Shown here: positions 1-11,170 of the stretch, one piece after another
Numbering within the stretch: the first letter of the stretch is position 1
Layout of the letters: every line of letters begins with the position of its first letter
Origin: Octopus bimaculoides
Lineage: Eukaryota
NCBI RefSeq assembly: GCF_001194135.2
Contig: NC_068985.1
Coordinates: 123,555,477 to 123,594,225 of the forward strand
Length of the DNA: 38,749 bases
Direction of reading: 5' to 3'
Position numbers and translations under genes: made by a program
Notes under the pieces: generated by a model
What the model was told of the DNA's origin: nothing
The model's database searches: none
What the model saw: the letters and a program-made list of their open reading frames with translations, nothing else

Positions 1-674
1 ATAGATAGATAGATAGATATTTTATATATATATATATTTATTTATGCATGTGTGTGTGAGTGTGTATGTGTGTATCTTCAACAGACATACATTCACACCT
101 GTATGTTTTATTATTTTTTTTTATACAAAATCTTGTTCATGCTTTACAAAACCACTATTTACTCTCACATTAATATCTAAGAAAATTAAATTCCTTTTGA
201 AATTAGATTTCTAAAAATGGAAACAAACACCAAGAATCTTCTAAAAATATAACTAAACTATTCTAGAATATGAAAAATATCTATTTGTGCTTTGTATCAC
301 TAGACGACCGATATTTTTTATTTGGACATGCTGATCTGATTGAATCAGGTTTTGATAAAGCACAGGTTGTTTTTTAATGAGTTTTACCATAAAGAAATTT
401 CATTAATTAATGTTAGATGATTCACAGAATCACCAAACATTCAATAGAAATATAGAATGGCTACATGTTAGTTTATTTCCTTTTCTTTTAACTTGCTAAT
501 TTTTACATTCTCCTCAATCACATGTAAGCTCTTAATATAAACATTTTCTCACAAAGCCACCCCTTGAGTTGTTTCATCAATAGTTTCTCCTCACTTAATT
601 TTATTCCATCTTACTATTCATTACTCTAGAGACAGTTAATCAGGTTTTTAAAACCACAGAGCACACTGCAATAC

Positions 675-860
675 TTTTTTTTTTGTAGTTTCAGCTCATA
701 CCTGTGGCCATTCTGGAGCACCGCCGTTTTACTCCACTTTTATTATTGAGATCTTCCTTTAATATATGGCATTTGGTGTAGAATAGAGTTTGATGTAGCT
801 ACCCTCATTTGCACCTCTTGCCGTGAGGTAGGTTCATCTGGGACTCTCGACAGAAAGAGG
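675..860 (-). mobile_element. CR1-like LINE 3' end (ORF2 C-terminus, short 3' UTR, A tail)
   Basis: Minus strand reads LFLSRVPDEPTSRQEVQMRVATSNSILHQMPYIKGRSQ*, which resembles the invertebrate CR1-group ORF2 C-terminus (LD.FL..VPD.P....R...SNS...Q). It is followed by ggcggtgctccagaatggccacaggtatgagctgaaac and an A10 run (T run at 675-684). Confidence 0.7.
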
Positions 861-1304
861 TATATATATCTACACATACACACACACACACATACATATA
901 TGTGTGTGTGTATGTGTGTGTGTGTGTGTACATGCACACCTATATATTCAGATACATAAAACATTACTATTGTTAATATATAAAGTAGCTCAACTGAGAG
1001 ATACTGCTGGACATGTTGATAGGGTGCCAGACTGTTGGTTGAAAGATTATAAGGTTGAATTCCATTTACAGTACTGCCCTCTTTCTCTTCTTGGAAAAAA
1101 GACTTAGCTATCAATACTAGTTATAATTTGGTACCACAAGAAAGTACTGTTACCATTATTGGTGAAAGGAAGACAATGCATAAATTCATGAGCTTGCAAT
1201 ACAGCACTTAAATCCTCCTGTAAGACAAGAGAACTACTTGGCTGATCATTGCTCAATGACAAAACTTTACAATATTTTCTGAAACTACTGCATCACTTCT
1301 CCTA

Positions 1305-1501
1305 TCTTTTATCTTTTATCTTTTGCTTGCTTCAGTCATTAGACTGTCATCTTGGTGGAGCACTGCCTTGAACTATCTTTGTTTAGTCAAATGAATCAAG
1401 CCCAGTACTTCTTTTTAAGGCCTGGTATTTATTCTAACAGTCTCTTTTGCTGAACTGTTGTCAAACAATGGGGGTGGGACAGACAAATCCAAATACAGAC
1501 A

Positions 1502-1588
<87 letters not shown>

Positions 1589-1620
1589 TTCTTATATAGT
1601 TTCCTGATCTACTCACTATA
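1305..1620 (-). mobile_element. SINE family A, 3' half with internal (CA)n
   Basis: Reverse complement matches the 3' half of the copy at 15995-16414 (cttcagtcattagactg..., aatcaagcccagtactt, gggacagacaaa...). Carries (CA)n at about 1503-1582 and a (GATAAAA)n-like tail. Confidence 0.8.
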
Positions 1621-1956
1621 GCAGACAAATCTATTATAACAAACTCACTATACTAAAGAAGAAGAAGCACCATGTGTTTCGGATTCTAAATCTATCAGTA
1701 ACATGCTCTACTTTAGACACCTATGGCAAGAAACATTAAAGCATCATTTTATTTATTATCTCATAGCCAAACATTTACTCAGGTATTACCAAAGTTAGAA
1801 TTTATAAGACCATCCTGAAGCACTAAACACATATCTATACTAGTGCATTCTTTAGGCATGGGAACACTAGTCGGTTGTTCAGGGCTGTCATGGGTTTACG
1901 GACCCAATTCAAATCTATGTATGCTGTGGCTTGCTGTCAGCAAGTAAATACCGTAA

Positions 1957-2160
1957 GGTAAATCATTAGCATGCTGGGCAAAATGTTTAAAGGTATTTCG
2001 TCTGTCTTTACATTCCAGGTTCAAATATCACTGAGGTTGATTTTGACTTTCATCGTTTAGGGGTCGATAAAATAAGCACCACTTGAGCACTGGGGTTAAT
2101 GTAATTGAATTAGCCCCTTCCCTGAAACTGCTGGCTTTGTGCCAGAATATGAATCCAATA
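1957..2160 (+). mobile_element. SINE family B, degenerate copy
   Basis: aatcattagcatgctgggcaaaatg...ggtatttcgtctg...ggttcaaat...tttcatcgtttaggggtcgataaaataagcacca aligns by eye to the reverse complement of 25789-26016. Confidence 0.7.
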
Positions 2161-2589
2161 AGTAAATACTATAGGGCTCAGTTCCCTGATTTCCCCAGGA
2201 TCTTATAATGACCCTGATTTACACAGAAAACCATACAGAAACATAATATTAGTTTCACATATATATCTAAATGGTATTTCAGTTTTTTTTTTCTGGTTTA
2301 TAGTATTTGTTTGTTTTGTACAATGAAAGAGCAGATTCAATGTTATTTTATAGATTCAGAGGAATATGTTATGTAGATATTAACATTTATTGTGCCAATG
2401 TTAGAATGCATCATCACCACCACCACTACCATCATCATCATCTTTCTTTTGATATGTAATACATACTTTCTTTTGATTTAGTCATAGCATTACTGATTTC
2501 AAATACACATGCAAACATGTGCATGTATAAAACTTACATGTGCATATCTATGCATACAAGATGTATGTATTCACATGTTACCGCACATT

Positions 2590-3400
2590 GTCATGGTTGG
2601 GTGTGATAATTTATGAATGGTCATCACCTCTCCACCTCACCCCTTCTCTGCATTGTTAGTCATCCCCTTTCCCCAATCCCCAACCTCAGCTCAAATATCA
2701 TTAGTCATCCCTCAGCCCTACTCAATCTCTGCAGTTGTCCCCTACTCTTCCCCCTTTCCTATTTCCTCTACTTATCATCCTTCAAAATTTGTTCTTCATT
2801 ATATTTACTCCCTCAACCATTTTTTTATCTCTAACCATCTCTCACTCTCTCATATCTCTTGCAATCTCTACCTACCCACACTTTCTGTTTCCCTGTCCCC
2901 ATTCACTTCCAACCCCCTACTATCTTAAGGGTCCATCTTGCCACCACATCACCACTATTTTTTATTTTCCCAGCTCCACTGTGGCCACTCCCACCTTCTC
3001 TTCTATAATGTGAGTAACCATGTAACTCCACAGCAAGAAAATTGCCCTGTTTTGGCCCTTTCTCTCTCATTTTAACCATCTCATCCCATAGCATAAAGTC
3101 ACTCCCCCACATCTTCTCTTCTGTAAACCCCACCTCAGTCAAAGAGGTTCCTAATCTTGCAAACTACATAGTGACTGCATTAGTGCTGGTCTCACATAAA
3201 AGCACCTTGTATACACTAGAAAGTGGTTGACATTAGGAAGGACATCCAACCATAGAAACCATGCCAAAATAAATGAATGGAGTCTGGTGCAGTCCTCAGA
3301 CCTGTTAGAGCCTATCAAATCGTCCAACCCATACTAGCATGGAACATGGACATTAAATGATGTTGTTGATGAGGACAATGACGATGATGACGACGATGAT
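2590..3400 (+). mobile_element. RTE-tailed element with long pyrimidine-rich 3' region
   Basis: Ends in the RTE-type tail (ttaggaaggacatccaaccatagaaac...gtccaacccatactagcatgga...(gat)n). The upstream C/T-rich body is homologous to the reverse complement of 17624-18360 (13-nt identical anchor atggtcatcacct at 2617-2629 / 18242-18254). Confidence 0.7.
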
Positions 3401-4053
3401 GATCATAACAGGCAGCATAGTCATTAATATTATTGTCACTATGGCTATAATTACATTGTCATCCCTATCAGATCAATCACTGTCACTATATCATCATCAA
3501 ATCATGTTCCTACCATCATCATCACTATGACCATTATCATCATCAACACTGTTTTTGTCATTACCACAAGCCGCCACCACCACCACCACCACCACCATCA
3601 TAATCGAGAATAATCTTCATTAGGAATGACATACTGTGCTATTGATTTCTAGCAATTATAGCTACTGTCTATTTTAAATAGATGAACATAGTTTTGGAGT
3701 AGCAACTATCAATATAATTGTCACATCAAACAATATGATGTAAGAAGAGAGCTTCTATGAGGTTGAAAAACCTAATAAATTTCGTTACTAAAAGCTCACC
3801 TCATCAAACATCTTCACATCTTTAAAATGGCAATCATATGTTTTAAATGCTAAATTTCTGGATAGCATGCCCCAAAAATAGAGACTGTGCGGCTAAAGAT
3901 AGGATGCCACATGAAACTACTATGCTATTTTCTGTGCTGCTCAAAGTTTCTTAGCAACAATAACAAAACCAACAGCAAATAAAATATCATTGAACCAACT
4001 GTAAACTATGAAAATGATTGTGATTGTATTAATGACACATTACTTACAACTAG

Positions 4054-4160
4054 ATGATGATGATGATGATGATGACAATGACGACGACAATGACGACGAC
4101 AATGTCAATGACAATGGTGAATATAAATATGACGATGACGATGACGACGACGATGATGAC
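4054..4160. repeat. (GAT)/(GAC)n trinucleotide microsatellite
   Basis: Direct reading of the gatgatgat...gacgacgac tract. Confidence 0.95.
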
Positions 4161-4856
4161 GGTGGCAGTGCCGCTGGTGATAATGGTAATGATGGCTATT
4201 GTCATAACATTTGTTGTAAGATGAAATAGGTGAGAAGGATGTAATAACTTGCATTCAGATGATGATAATGAGACAATTTTGTTGATCGAGTATTATATAT
4301 GTTATTGATTATGTATGAATGTAATTGCAAAAGAATGTTAATGAAACTGATTAAATGTTTTTTAAATGTAAAATTAATTATATTAAACATTTGCAGGAAA
4401 AAATTTACAGAAATTGGTATATTTAAAGAAATTCATTATGAAAAACTGGCAAACAACAAAAAAGACAAAAAACAAAAACAGAAGGGAAAGAAACAAATTA
4501 CAAACATACACACATATGTTACACAATATGTACAAAGAATGCCTTTAGAATGTGAATTTGCAAAGAATATGATACAGGTTGTAAGAAATGCTCGCGAATA
4601 AAATAGTAGTACCAGCCAGCCAGCTAGCCAAGCAACAAGTACAACCAGTGATCCCAACATCCATCCATCCACCCATCCATCCAGCCAGCCATCCATCCAG
4701 CCAGCCATGTCTAATTACTGCTAAGGGGAAGTTTCTTTCTTTAACATGGGATGTCACAAGGATAGCATTGCTGCTGTGTCATTGATAGATTCTCACTTGC
4801 AGACATATATTATACCATACTCACACATCACACAGATTACTACTATATATATATTC

Positions 4857-5091
4857 TTTACTTGTTTCAATCATGAGACTGCGGCCATGCTGGGGCACCA
4901 GCTTGAAGAACATTTAGTCAAATGAATCGACCCCAGTACTTTTGTTTTTTGCTAAACCTGGTAATTATTCTATCGGTCTCTTGCTGAACTGCTAGGTTAC
5001 AGACATGTAAACATAAGAACACCAGTTACCAGGAGGTGGTGGGGGACAAAATATACATAAAGACACAGACACACACATGCACACACAATCA

Positions 5092-5135
<44 letters not shown>

Positions 5136-5297
5136 ATGGGCTTCTTTCAGTTTCTATCAACCAGATCTGCTCACAAGGCTTTGGTTGGCCTGAGACTATG
5201 ATAGAAGACACATACCCAAGGTATCACACAGTGGGGTTGAACCCAGAACCATGTGGTTGGGAAGCAAGCTCTTTACCACGCAGCCATGCCTGCACCT
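4857..5297 (-). mobile_element. SINE family A, full-length copy
   Basis: Reverse complement aligns end to end with 15995-16414: head (ggtgcaggcatggctgcgtggtaaagagcttgcttcccaaccacatggttctgggttcaacccc), internal (TG)n, and tail gctggtgccccagcatggccgcagtctcatgattgaaacaagtaaag. Confidence 0.9.
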
Positions 5298-5349
5298 ATT
5301 ATATCTTGCAAGCCTGCCTTCTTGCTAACCAACCAACCAACTTATCTAG

Positions 5350-5772
5350 TCATCCTGAATTCTCTTTCCTTACTCTCTCTTTATCTACCTTCTTGTGCCC
5401 TGGCACCTCATTTTCACCTCCCTTTCTTCATTTCCCAGTGGGGTAGCAATGACATCTGTTTCTGTCCATCTATTATGCTTCAGCTTCTCAACACTTGGCA
5501 CAAAGCCACCTCTCTCAATCCTGCACTCCTACTGCATTAAGGAGTCTTGTATTGCAAGTCACTTGGTAACCTCACTGGTGCTGGTGCCACAAGAAAACAC
5601 CTGGTACACCCTGTTAAGTGGTCAGCATTAGAAAGGGTAGCCATCCATAGAAACCTTGCCAAAGTAGTCCTCTCGCTTATTGGATTCCGTCGAACTGTTT
5701 AAGCCATGCCAGCATGGAATACAAACATCAAATGATGATGACGATGATGATGACGATGATGATGACGATGAC
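5350..5772 (+). mobile_element. RTE-type 3' UTR/tail copy
   Basis: cctcactggtgctggtgccacaagaaaacacc...gcattagaaaggg...catagaaacc...ccatgccagcatgga...(gat)n tail, homologous to the other RTE tails in the window. The left boundary is approximate. Confidence 0.65.
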
Positions 5773-5869
5773 CTCTGTCTGCCTTGCTCTATGGGTGTGT
5801 ATGTCTGTGTCTGTGTCCAAGTATATGTGTAAGTATGAGGGTGTGTATGTGTGTACAGGAGTTGTGGCC

Positions 5870-6110
5870 TTGCCATCCACATCTGTTGCTACTGTTTCTA
5901 TAGCCCTCTTTCTGTAGTTGTTGTTTTTGGTGAAGAAGGGAGTATCATACAGTTGCCTTTATTTGTGATTTATACTGAACTCATGTCTCATCTTGGATCA
6001 CAGGTAATAGGGGTTTCCTCTGTACATCTAAGTAGACTTGAAGCAGACTTCTCATGTTCTTTTGACAAGCTATTGAAAAGCTGTGAGCCTTTAGCCCTAA
6101 GCTGTTGAAG
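5870..6110 (-). mobile_element. CR1-like LINE 3' fragment, highly degenerate
   Basis: Minus strand with frameshifts reads approximately SLGLK.SQLFNSLSKE...FKSTLD...PVIQDET...QIKATV.YSLLHQ, paralleling the C-terminus seen at 675-860. Confidence 0.55.
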
Positions 6111-6312
6111 TATTTGATCCTATATTTTCATGGGGAGAGTTGAATCTTTGGAATAAGGAAGTGGCAGCCACTTTGATGCTTGGCATAGTTTTAGTGTAAC
6201 TATAAATCATAGAACCAAAATTTCATGCCAGCTTTCCCAGAAGTTTCCTTAGTGAAATCACTGCATATGTATAAATGTATACACACATATATGAGTGCAT
6301 TCACGCGGGTTC

Positions 6313-6365
<53 letters not shown>

Positions 6366-6409
6366 CTAATGTCAAACAGAGAGAATGAGTGCTCTATATT
6401 GGTGAATAT

Positions 6410-6605
6410 TCTTTATTTGTGGGTTAACAATGCTACCATTGGTTTCATGCAGTAAAAGATTCTTAGCAGTAATCAAGACTGCCATATGGGATATTGACAC
6501 TCGTTGCCATCTTGAACGAAAATACAGTCCCTGTGGCAGGCTTGGTAATTGCTGAGAATTCTTGATATGAAATCAATGGTAGCCTTGTTAATCCACAAAT
6601 GAAGA
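6410..6605. repeat. 39-bp inverted repeat pair (35/39 identity), about 118-bp spacer
   Basis: Reverse complement of 6410-6448 (atgaaaccaatggtagcattgttaacccacaaataaaga) versus 6567-6605 (atgaaatcaatggtagccttgttaatccacaaatgaaga). Confidence 0.85.
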
Positions 6606-7254
6606 GCAAAATAATTCGTGAGAAAAATAATTCACTAAAAAATAATTTGTGAAGATACCATTGACTCTGTTATTATCTAGTGTAACAATTTAAAAATGAT
6701 AATGACAGAATCAATAATAAAGACGATTACAGGCCCCAAAAAGGCATTAAATAGCTGAAGGATTAAAATTAATCAAAGGTCATACTAAGAATGTCTACCT
6801 GCTGGAAATAACAGTCAAAACTTTTATTTAAATTGCCAAAATTTTATATATATACATATATATATGCATAAATATATATTCATTTCTTCCCCAATCTCTC
6901 TCTTTATATATCTTTCTCTTCTTTTTTCTCCCTTTTCCTCTCTTTCTCCCTGTCTCCTTCTACCCTGCTTCTTTCTCCCCATCTATATACATATCCATCT
7001 TCCTGACTTAGTGGCCATATACATTGAAATATTTCCATCAATTCCTTCAAATTTTGAAATGCTATAACTGAAGAAGGTTTATATAATGGGTGCATTTCTT
7101 ATATACATTATGCAAACCTGATACATATGTACTAAATGACTTCAAAATATCACTATTTGGTTTGGCTTCATTTTTACAACTTTTATACATACATACACAA
7201 ACATGCATACAGACAGAAACAGACAGACAAACGGACAGATAGATATAGATATTT

Positions 7255-7323
<69 letters not shown>

Positions 7324-7909
7324 TTGTGTGTGTGTGTGTATAAAATTTCACATGGTTTCATTTATAGCATAGTATATGTAGAAATATATTTGTATAAGCT
7401 TGCGCATACATTTTATTCTAATGAATGTAATGAACATATTACCAAATACTAGATCATATAGGCACTTACATATCTAGCTATGCATGCACATTTATGTAAA
7501 TAAAAATGGCAAATCAACAAAAACTAATAAATGATGAGTTATTATAAATAAGAAAACATGTTTTACAAGATGTTTATGTTTTCAGTAATTTACCTGTATA
7601 ATTAACTAGCTAAATATTTTTTGTAACTAACGTTTGTTTATAATTGTTGGGTTAGGAACATTACTGCTATTACAAACATACATATTCGTACAAAGGCTGA
7701 CTCAACTGAATAACAATATATTACCATACGATTACATATATATCAATGATTGGATAATAATTTTGTCTTGCATGGTTCACTAACTTGAGTGTATAAGAGA
7801 AAATACCCATGTAAACAACATATACACATTGATATAGTTTTTTGTTTGCTATTCATCATTTTTTTTATTGATTTTAAAATATATAGTATGATATACACTT
7901 AAGCATAAA

Positions 7910-7965
7910 TAAATGTTTAGTATATATTCCTACATTACCCTACCCCATTTATATATATATGTGTG

Positions 7966-7997
<32 letters not shown>

Positions 7998-8053
7998 TGT
8001 ATGTATGTACATATATTTGTATGTATGTATGTATGTATGTATGTATGTATGTA

Positions 8054-8090
<37 letters not shown>
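7910..8090. repeat. compound (TATG)n/(TG)n/(TA)n microsatellite
   Basis: Direct reading. Confidence 0.95.
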
Positions 8091-8093
8091 CTA

Positions 8094-8850
8094 CAAGGGA
8101 CTACCCAAAAGAAGCCAGAATTTTGCAATATTATTTTATTCACTTAGTTTTACATGATTGCACTTTTATTGTATTCTTCATTTGAAGCAGTGCTGGAACT
8201 CTTGCAAAGTGATGCATTTTAATGCCTTCATTCTTTTTTTCTTCCCCTCTTCCACATCTGCAAACTCCGTAGCACCGGCTTTCATCACCAGTGACTACCT
8301 TCGAAGAATGGTCCATTTCAACTTCCAACCGTTCTTTCAGTTCATGACATACATTCAGTCATGACTGCTTTTGATCCTCCATGAGCTAACAAAGCACAAA
8401 TTTTGCTGCAACTCTTTTCATTGCAACCCCTCACTCAAAATTCATTGTCAGGAGCTCCAGGACACACCAGGACAGTCATATGAACAAGTACATCAATTGT
8501 TTGCTCTTCTAAGAATAGTTGATGAATTTTCATGATGTTTTCATTCATTCAGGAGGTTAACAGTTTGAAGCATGACAACAACTGTTTTGGCCACCATTTC
8601 CCCCAGCAGAAAACAGAGAATTCCATGGAAGCATGCTGTTTTTCGTTTTAGGTTTCGCAAAAATTGATGAACAAGGGAGAAGCACTGCATAACAAATACA
8701 CATCATGTGGCAGTACAACTTCACATGAGGATACCAGTCAGCAGACTGATGCCTGAGGGTTGCATCAAGTGGCTTCTAATGGCAGAAGCCTCAGCTACAA
8801 TGGGCTTGTCCCACAGAGAACATTTCTGGTTACTATTTGGTACCTCTTCA
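8094..8850 (-). mobile_element. internally deleted mariner element with both TIRs
   Basis: TA at 8092-8093 and 8851-8852. TIRs caagggactacccaaaagaagccagaatt and (rc) tgaagaggtaccaaatagtaaccagaaat. Minus strand encodes mariner N-terminal/first-D motifs (MKRVAAKFV...LMEDQKQS.LNVCHELKERLE...KVVTGDESRCYG) joined directly to a C-terminal remnant (ITLQEFQHCFK). Confidence 0.85.
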
Positions 8851-8869
8851 TATGTGTATACATACACAT

Positions 8870-8939
<70 letters not shown>

Positions 8940-9454
8940 NNNNNNNNNNNNNNNNNNNNNNNNNNNNNNNNNNNNNNNNNNNNNNNNNNNNNNNNNNNNN
9001 NNNNNNNNNNNNNNNNNNNNNNNNNNNNNNNNNNNNNNNNNNNNNNNNNNNNNNNNNNNNNNNNNNNNNNNNNNNNNNNNNNNNNNNNNNNNNNNNNNNN
9101 NNNNNNNNNNNNNNNNNNNNNNNNNNNNNNNNNNNNNNNNNNNNNNNNNNNNNNNNNNNNNNNNNNNNNNNNNNNNNNNNNNNNNNNNNNNNNNNNNNNN
9201 NNNNNNNNNNNNNNNNNNNNNNNNNNNNNNNNNNNNNNNNNNNNNNNNNNNNNNNNNNNNNNNNNNNNNNNNNNNNNNNNNNNNNNNNNNNNNNNNNNNN
9301 NNNNNNNNNNNNNNNNNNNNNNNNNNNNNNNNNNNNNNNNNNNNNNNNNNNNNNNNNNNNNNNNNNNNNNNNNNNNNNNNNNNNCGATGATGATGATGAT
9401 GATGATATATATATATATATATATATATACATGTGTATACATAAATATATATAT

Positions 9455-9507
<53 letters not shown>

Positions 9508-9540
9508 CACACATATTGAATGAAGGCGCATGGCTCAGTG

Positions 9541-10548
9541 GCTCAAGGTTATCAGACAAGGAATGTTGCTCAAGCAGTAGCTGCTTGAGCTACGTAAGAC
9601 TTTTGTATACAAGAGGCAGATAACATCATAAGATTTTCCAAGTCTTATGATGTTATCTGCCTCTTGTATACAAACTTGATCAAGAAATGTACTTTGACAC
9701 TTGGTGGTTAAAAGATACAACATTTACAGGCAGTTTTGATTGATGTTAAGCCCCTGCCTCCTTTTTTTGCGTTTTAAGCAGAGGTGGTTTAAATCACTGT
9801 TGATGTGAAAATTATTTGTGCTGGTCAGTATCTTCTGGGTTTTCACATCAATGGCATGAATATCATCAAGTGCCAATCAAGTAGCCCAAATGTCGGTATG
9901 AGTACTGGTACTGCAAACACATTGTGGATCACTGTTTTGTTTTTTTGACTACAGAGAGTCCCGAGGTCTCTATTTTCCTAATCCAACTGTAAAAATCTTT
10001 AATAACACATGCTTTGTTACAGGTACTATTGTGAGATGTGATTTCATCTACTCCTAGGTACCTGTAACATTCCTCATCAGATATAGGAGAAGCAATAAAG
10101 TCATTGATGTAGATGCTACGAGTCTGGTTTGCACCTTTCCTCCATTTCACAACCGTATAGCAACTTTTATCTTGACTAAACTACAACCCTGTATCCTTTG
10201 AAAATGTAGCAACCAGGTCAAATCCCTTTTTCATTTCTTCATATTCTTGGCATACTCTTTCAAGTCATCCGCCAAAAAAGTAGTGTGTAATTTTGGACGT
10301 TTTATCTTCTTGTGAACCAGTGTGATACTCTTCAGATTGGGAATATACCTCTACAATACTGTATTTTATCAGTGATTAAACAACCACTCCTTGCATTTAA
10401 CTTCAAGTTGATTGCCCATAATGAAGTCAGGTTAGTTATCACATTTACTATGCTCTCAGGAATTTTAGCAAGATGAGAGGGTTGTAGCATTTATGAGTCG
10501 GGGGCAGAGTCAAAGGCTTTCTTGCTGCCAAGCCACATTGAAACCATT
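9541..10548 (-). mobile_element. R4/Dong-clade non-LTR retrotransposon RT fragment (copy B)
   Basis: Frameshifted minus-strand translation gives the RT motifs SMWL..KKAFDS.P, KIQYCRGIF, ITHYFLADDLKEY (YxDD equivalent), YRYLGVDE and, further on, a KRKKGGRG-like thumb region and QVCIQEADNIIRLGK, in the order typical of R4/Dong RTs. Confidence 0.75.
9602..9674. repeat. perfect 32-bp inverted repeat with 9-nt spacer
   Basis: 9602-9633 tttgtatacaagaggcagataacatcataaga is the exact reverse complement of 9643-9674. Confidence 0.95.
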
Positions 10549-10625
10549 GTATGCATGCATGTATGTATGTATGTATGTATGTATGTATGTATGTATGTAT
10601 GCATGTACGTATGTGCAGATTTGTA
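10548..10625. repeat. (TGTA)n/(TACA)n microsatellite between the two R4 fragments
   Basis: Direct reading: tgtatgcatgcatgtatgtatgta... Confidence 0.95.
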
Positions 10626-11118
10626 TGTTTTATGTATGTACTCTCATGCATATAGTTGCATATCTAGACATGCTCATATATCTTTAAATGATAAACTTCT
10701 GGAAAGTTTTACAGATTTTTACAGTTCCAGTGATGGATTGAATCTGTAGTCTCTGAATTAGCTTTCTCCTTTCTGGTTTTGAGAAGCTTAATTTCTGAAG
10801 ATTGGTATTTAGGCAGTGCGTTATATATCCCAGGTCCCCAATAATTACAAATATAAACCTGAAATGGTAATCTGGATAGAGTAACTGCAGATTTCTCAAT
10901 AGTTCAGCATGGGTGTTCTCTTTTTCACTGATCTTCAGTTTTATGTTAACATCCTCTGGGCAGCTAATTTCCACAACTGAGCACAGTTTCTCTTCTCTAT
11001 CCCAAATCATTATATCAGGTCAGTTGTGCTTATATTTTATTGAGGTCTTCACTGGTACATTCCACCAGTTTTTCCTTTTATTATGAGTGGCTATGGCTCC
11101 TACCACATTGTGGGTTCT
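10625..11118 (-). mobile_element. R4/Dong-clade 3' end with restriction-like endonuclease domain (copy A)
   Basis: Minus strand: ATHNK..WWNVPVKTSIKYKHN*PDIMIWDREEKLCSVVEISCPEDVNIKLKISEKENTH...IIGDLGYI...GTVKICKTF, a PD-(D/E)xK RLE motif in R4/Dong style. Stop at 10684, short 3' UTR, then (CATA)n. Confidence 0.85.
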
Positions 11119-11170
11119 TATTTGTATGTATGTATGCATTCATGCATGCATGTAAGCATGTGCGCATGTG

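Noticed and set aside
4008-4229. Poly-Asp ORF; likewise the poly-Ile/Tyr/Leu ORFs at 18260-18860 and 35728-35997
   Set aside because: Translations of (GAT)n, (AAT)n and (ATC)n microsatellites, with no splice or domain support.
5918-6003. Good-looking plus-strand exon (ctctttctgtag ... cacag/gtaata; VVFGEEGSIIQLPLFVIYTELMSHLGSQ)
   Set aside because: It lies antisense within a degenerate CR1-like 3' fragment, which explains the sequence. Exonisation cannot be excluded, but there is no evidence for it.
6091-6767. Possible piggyBac-like ends (ttagccctaagctg ... cagctgaaggattaa-like) enclosing the 39-bp inverted repeat
   Set aside because: The terminal match is too short and degenerate to distinguish from chance in AT-rich DNA.
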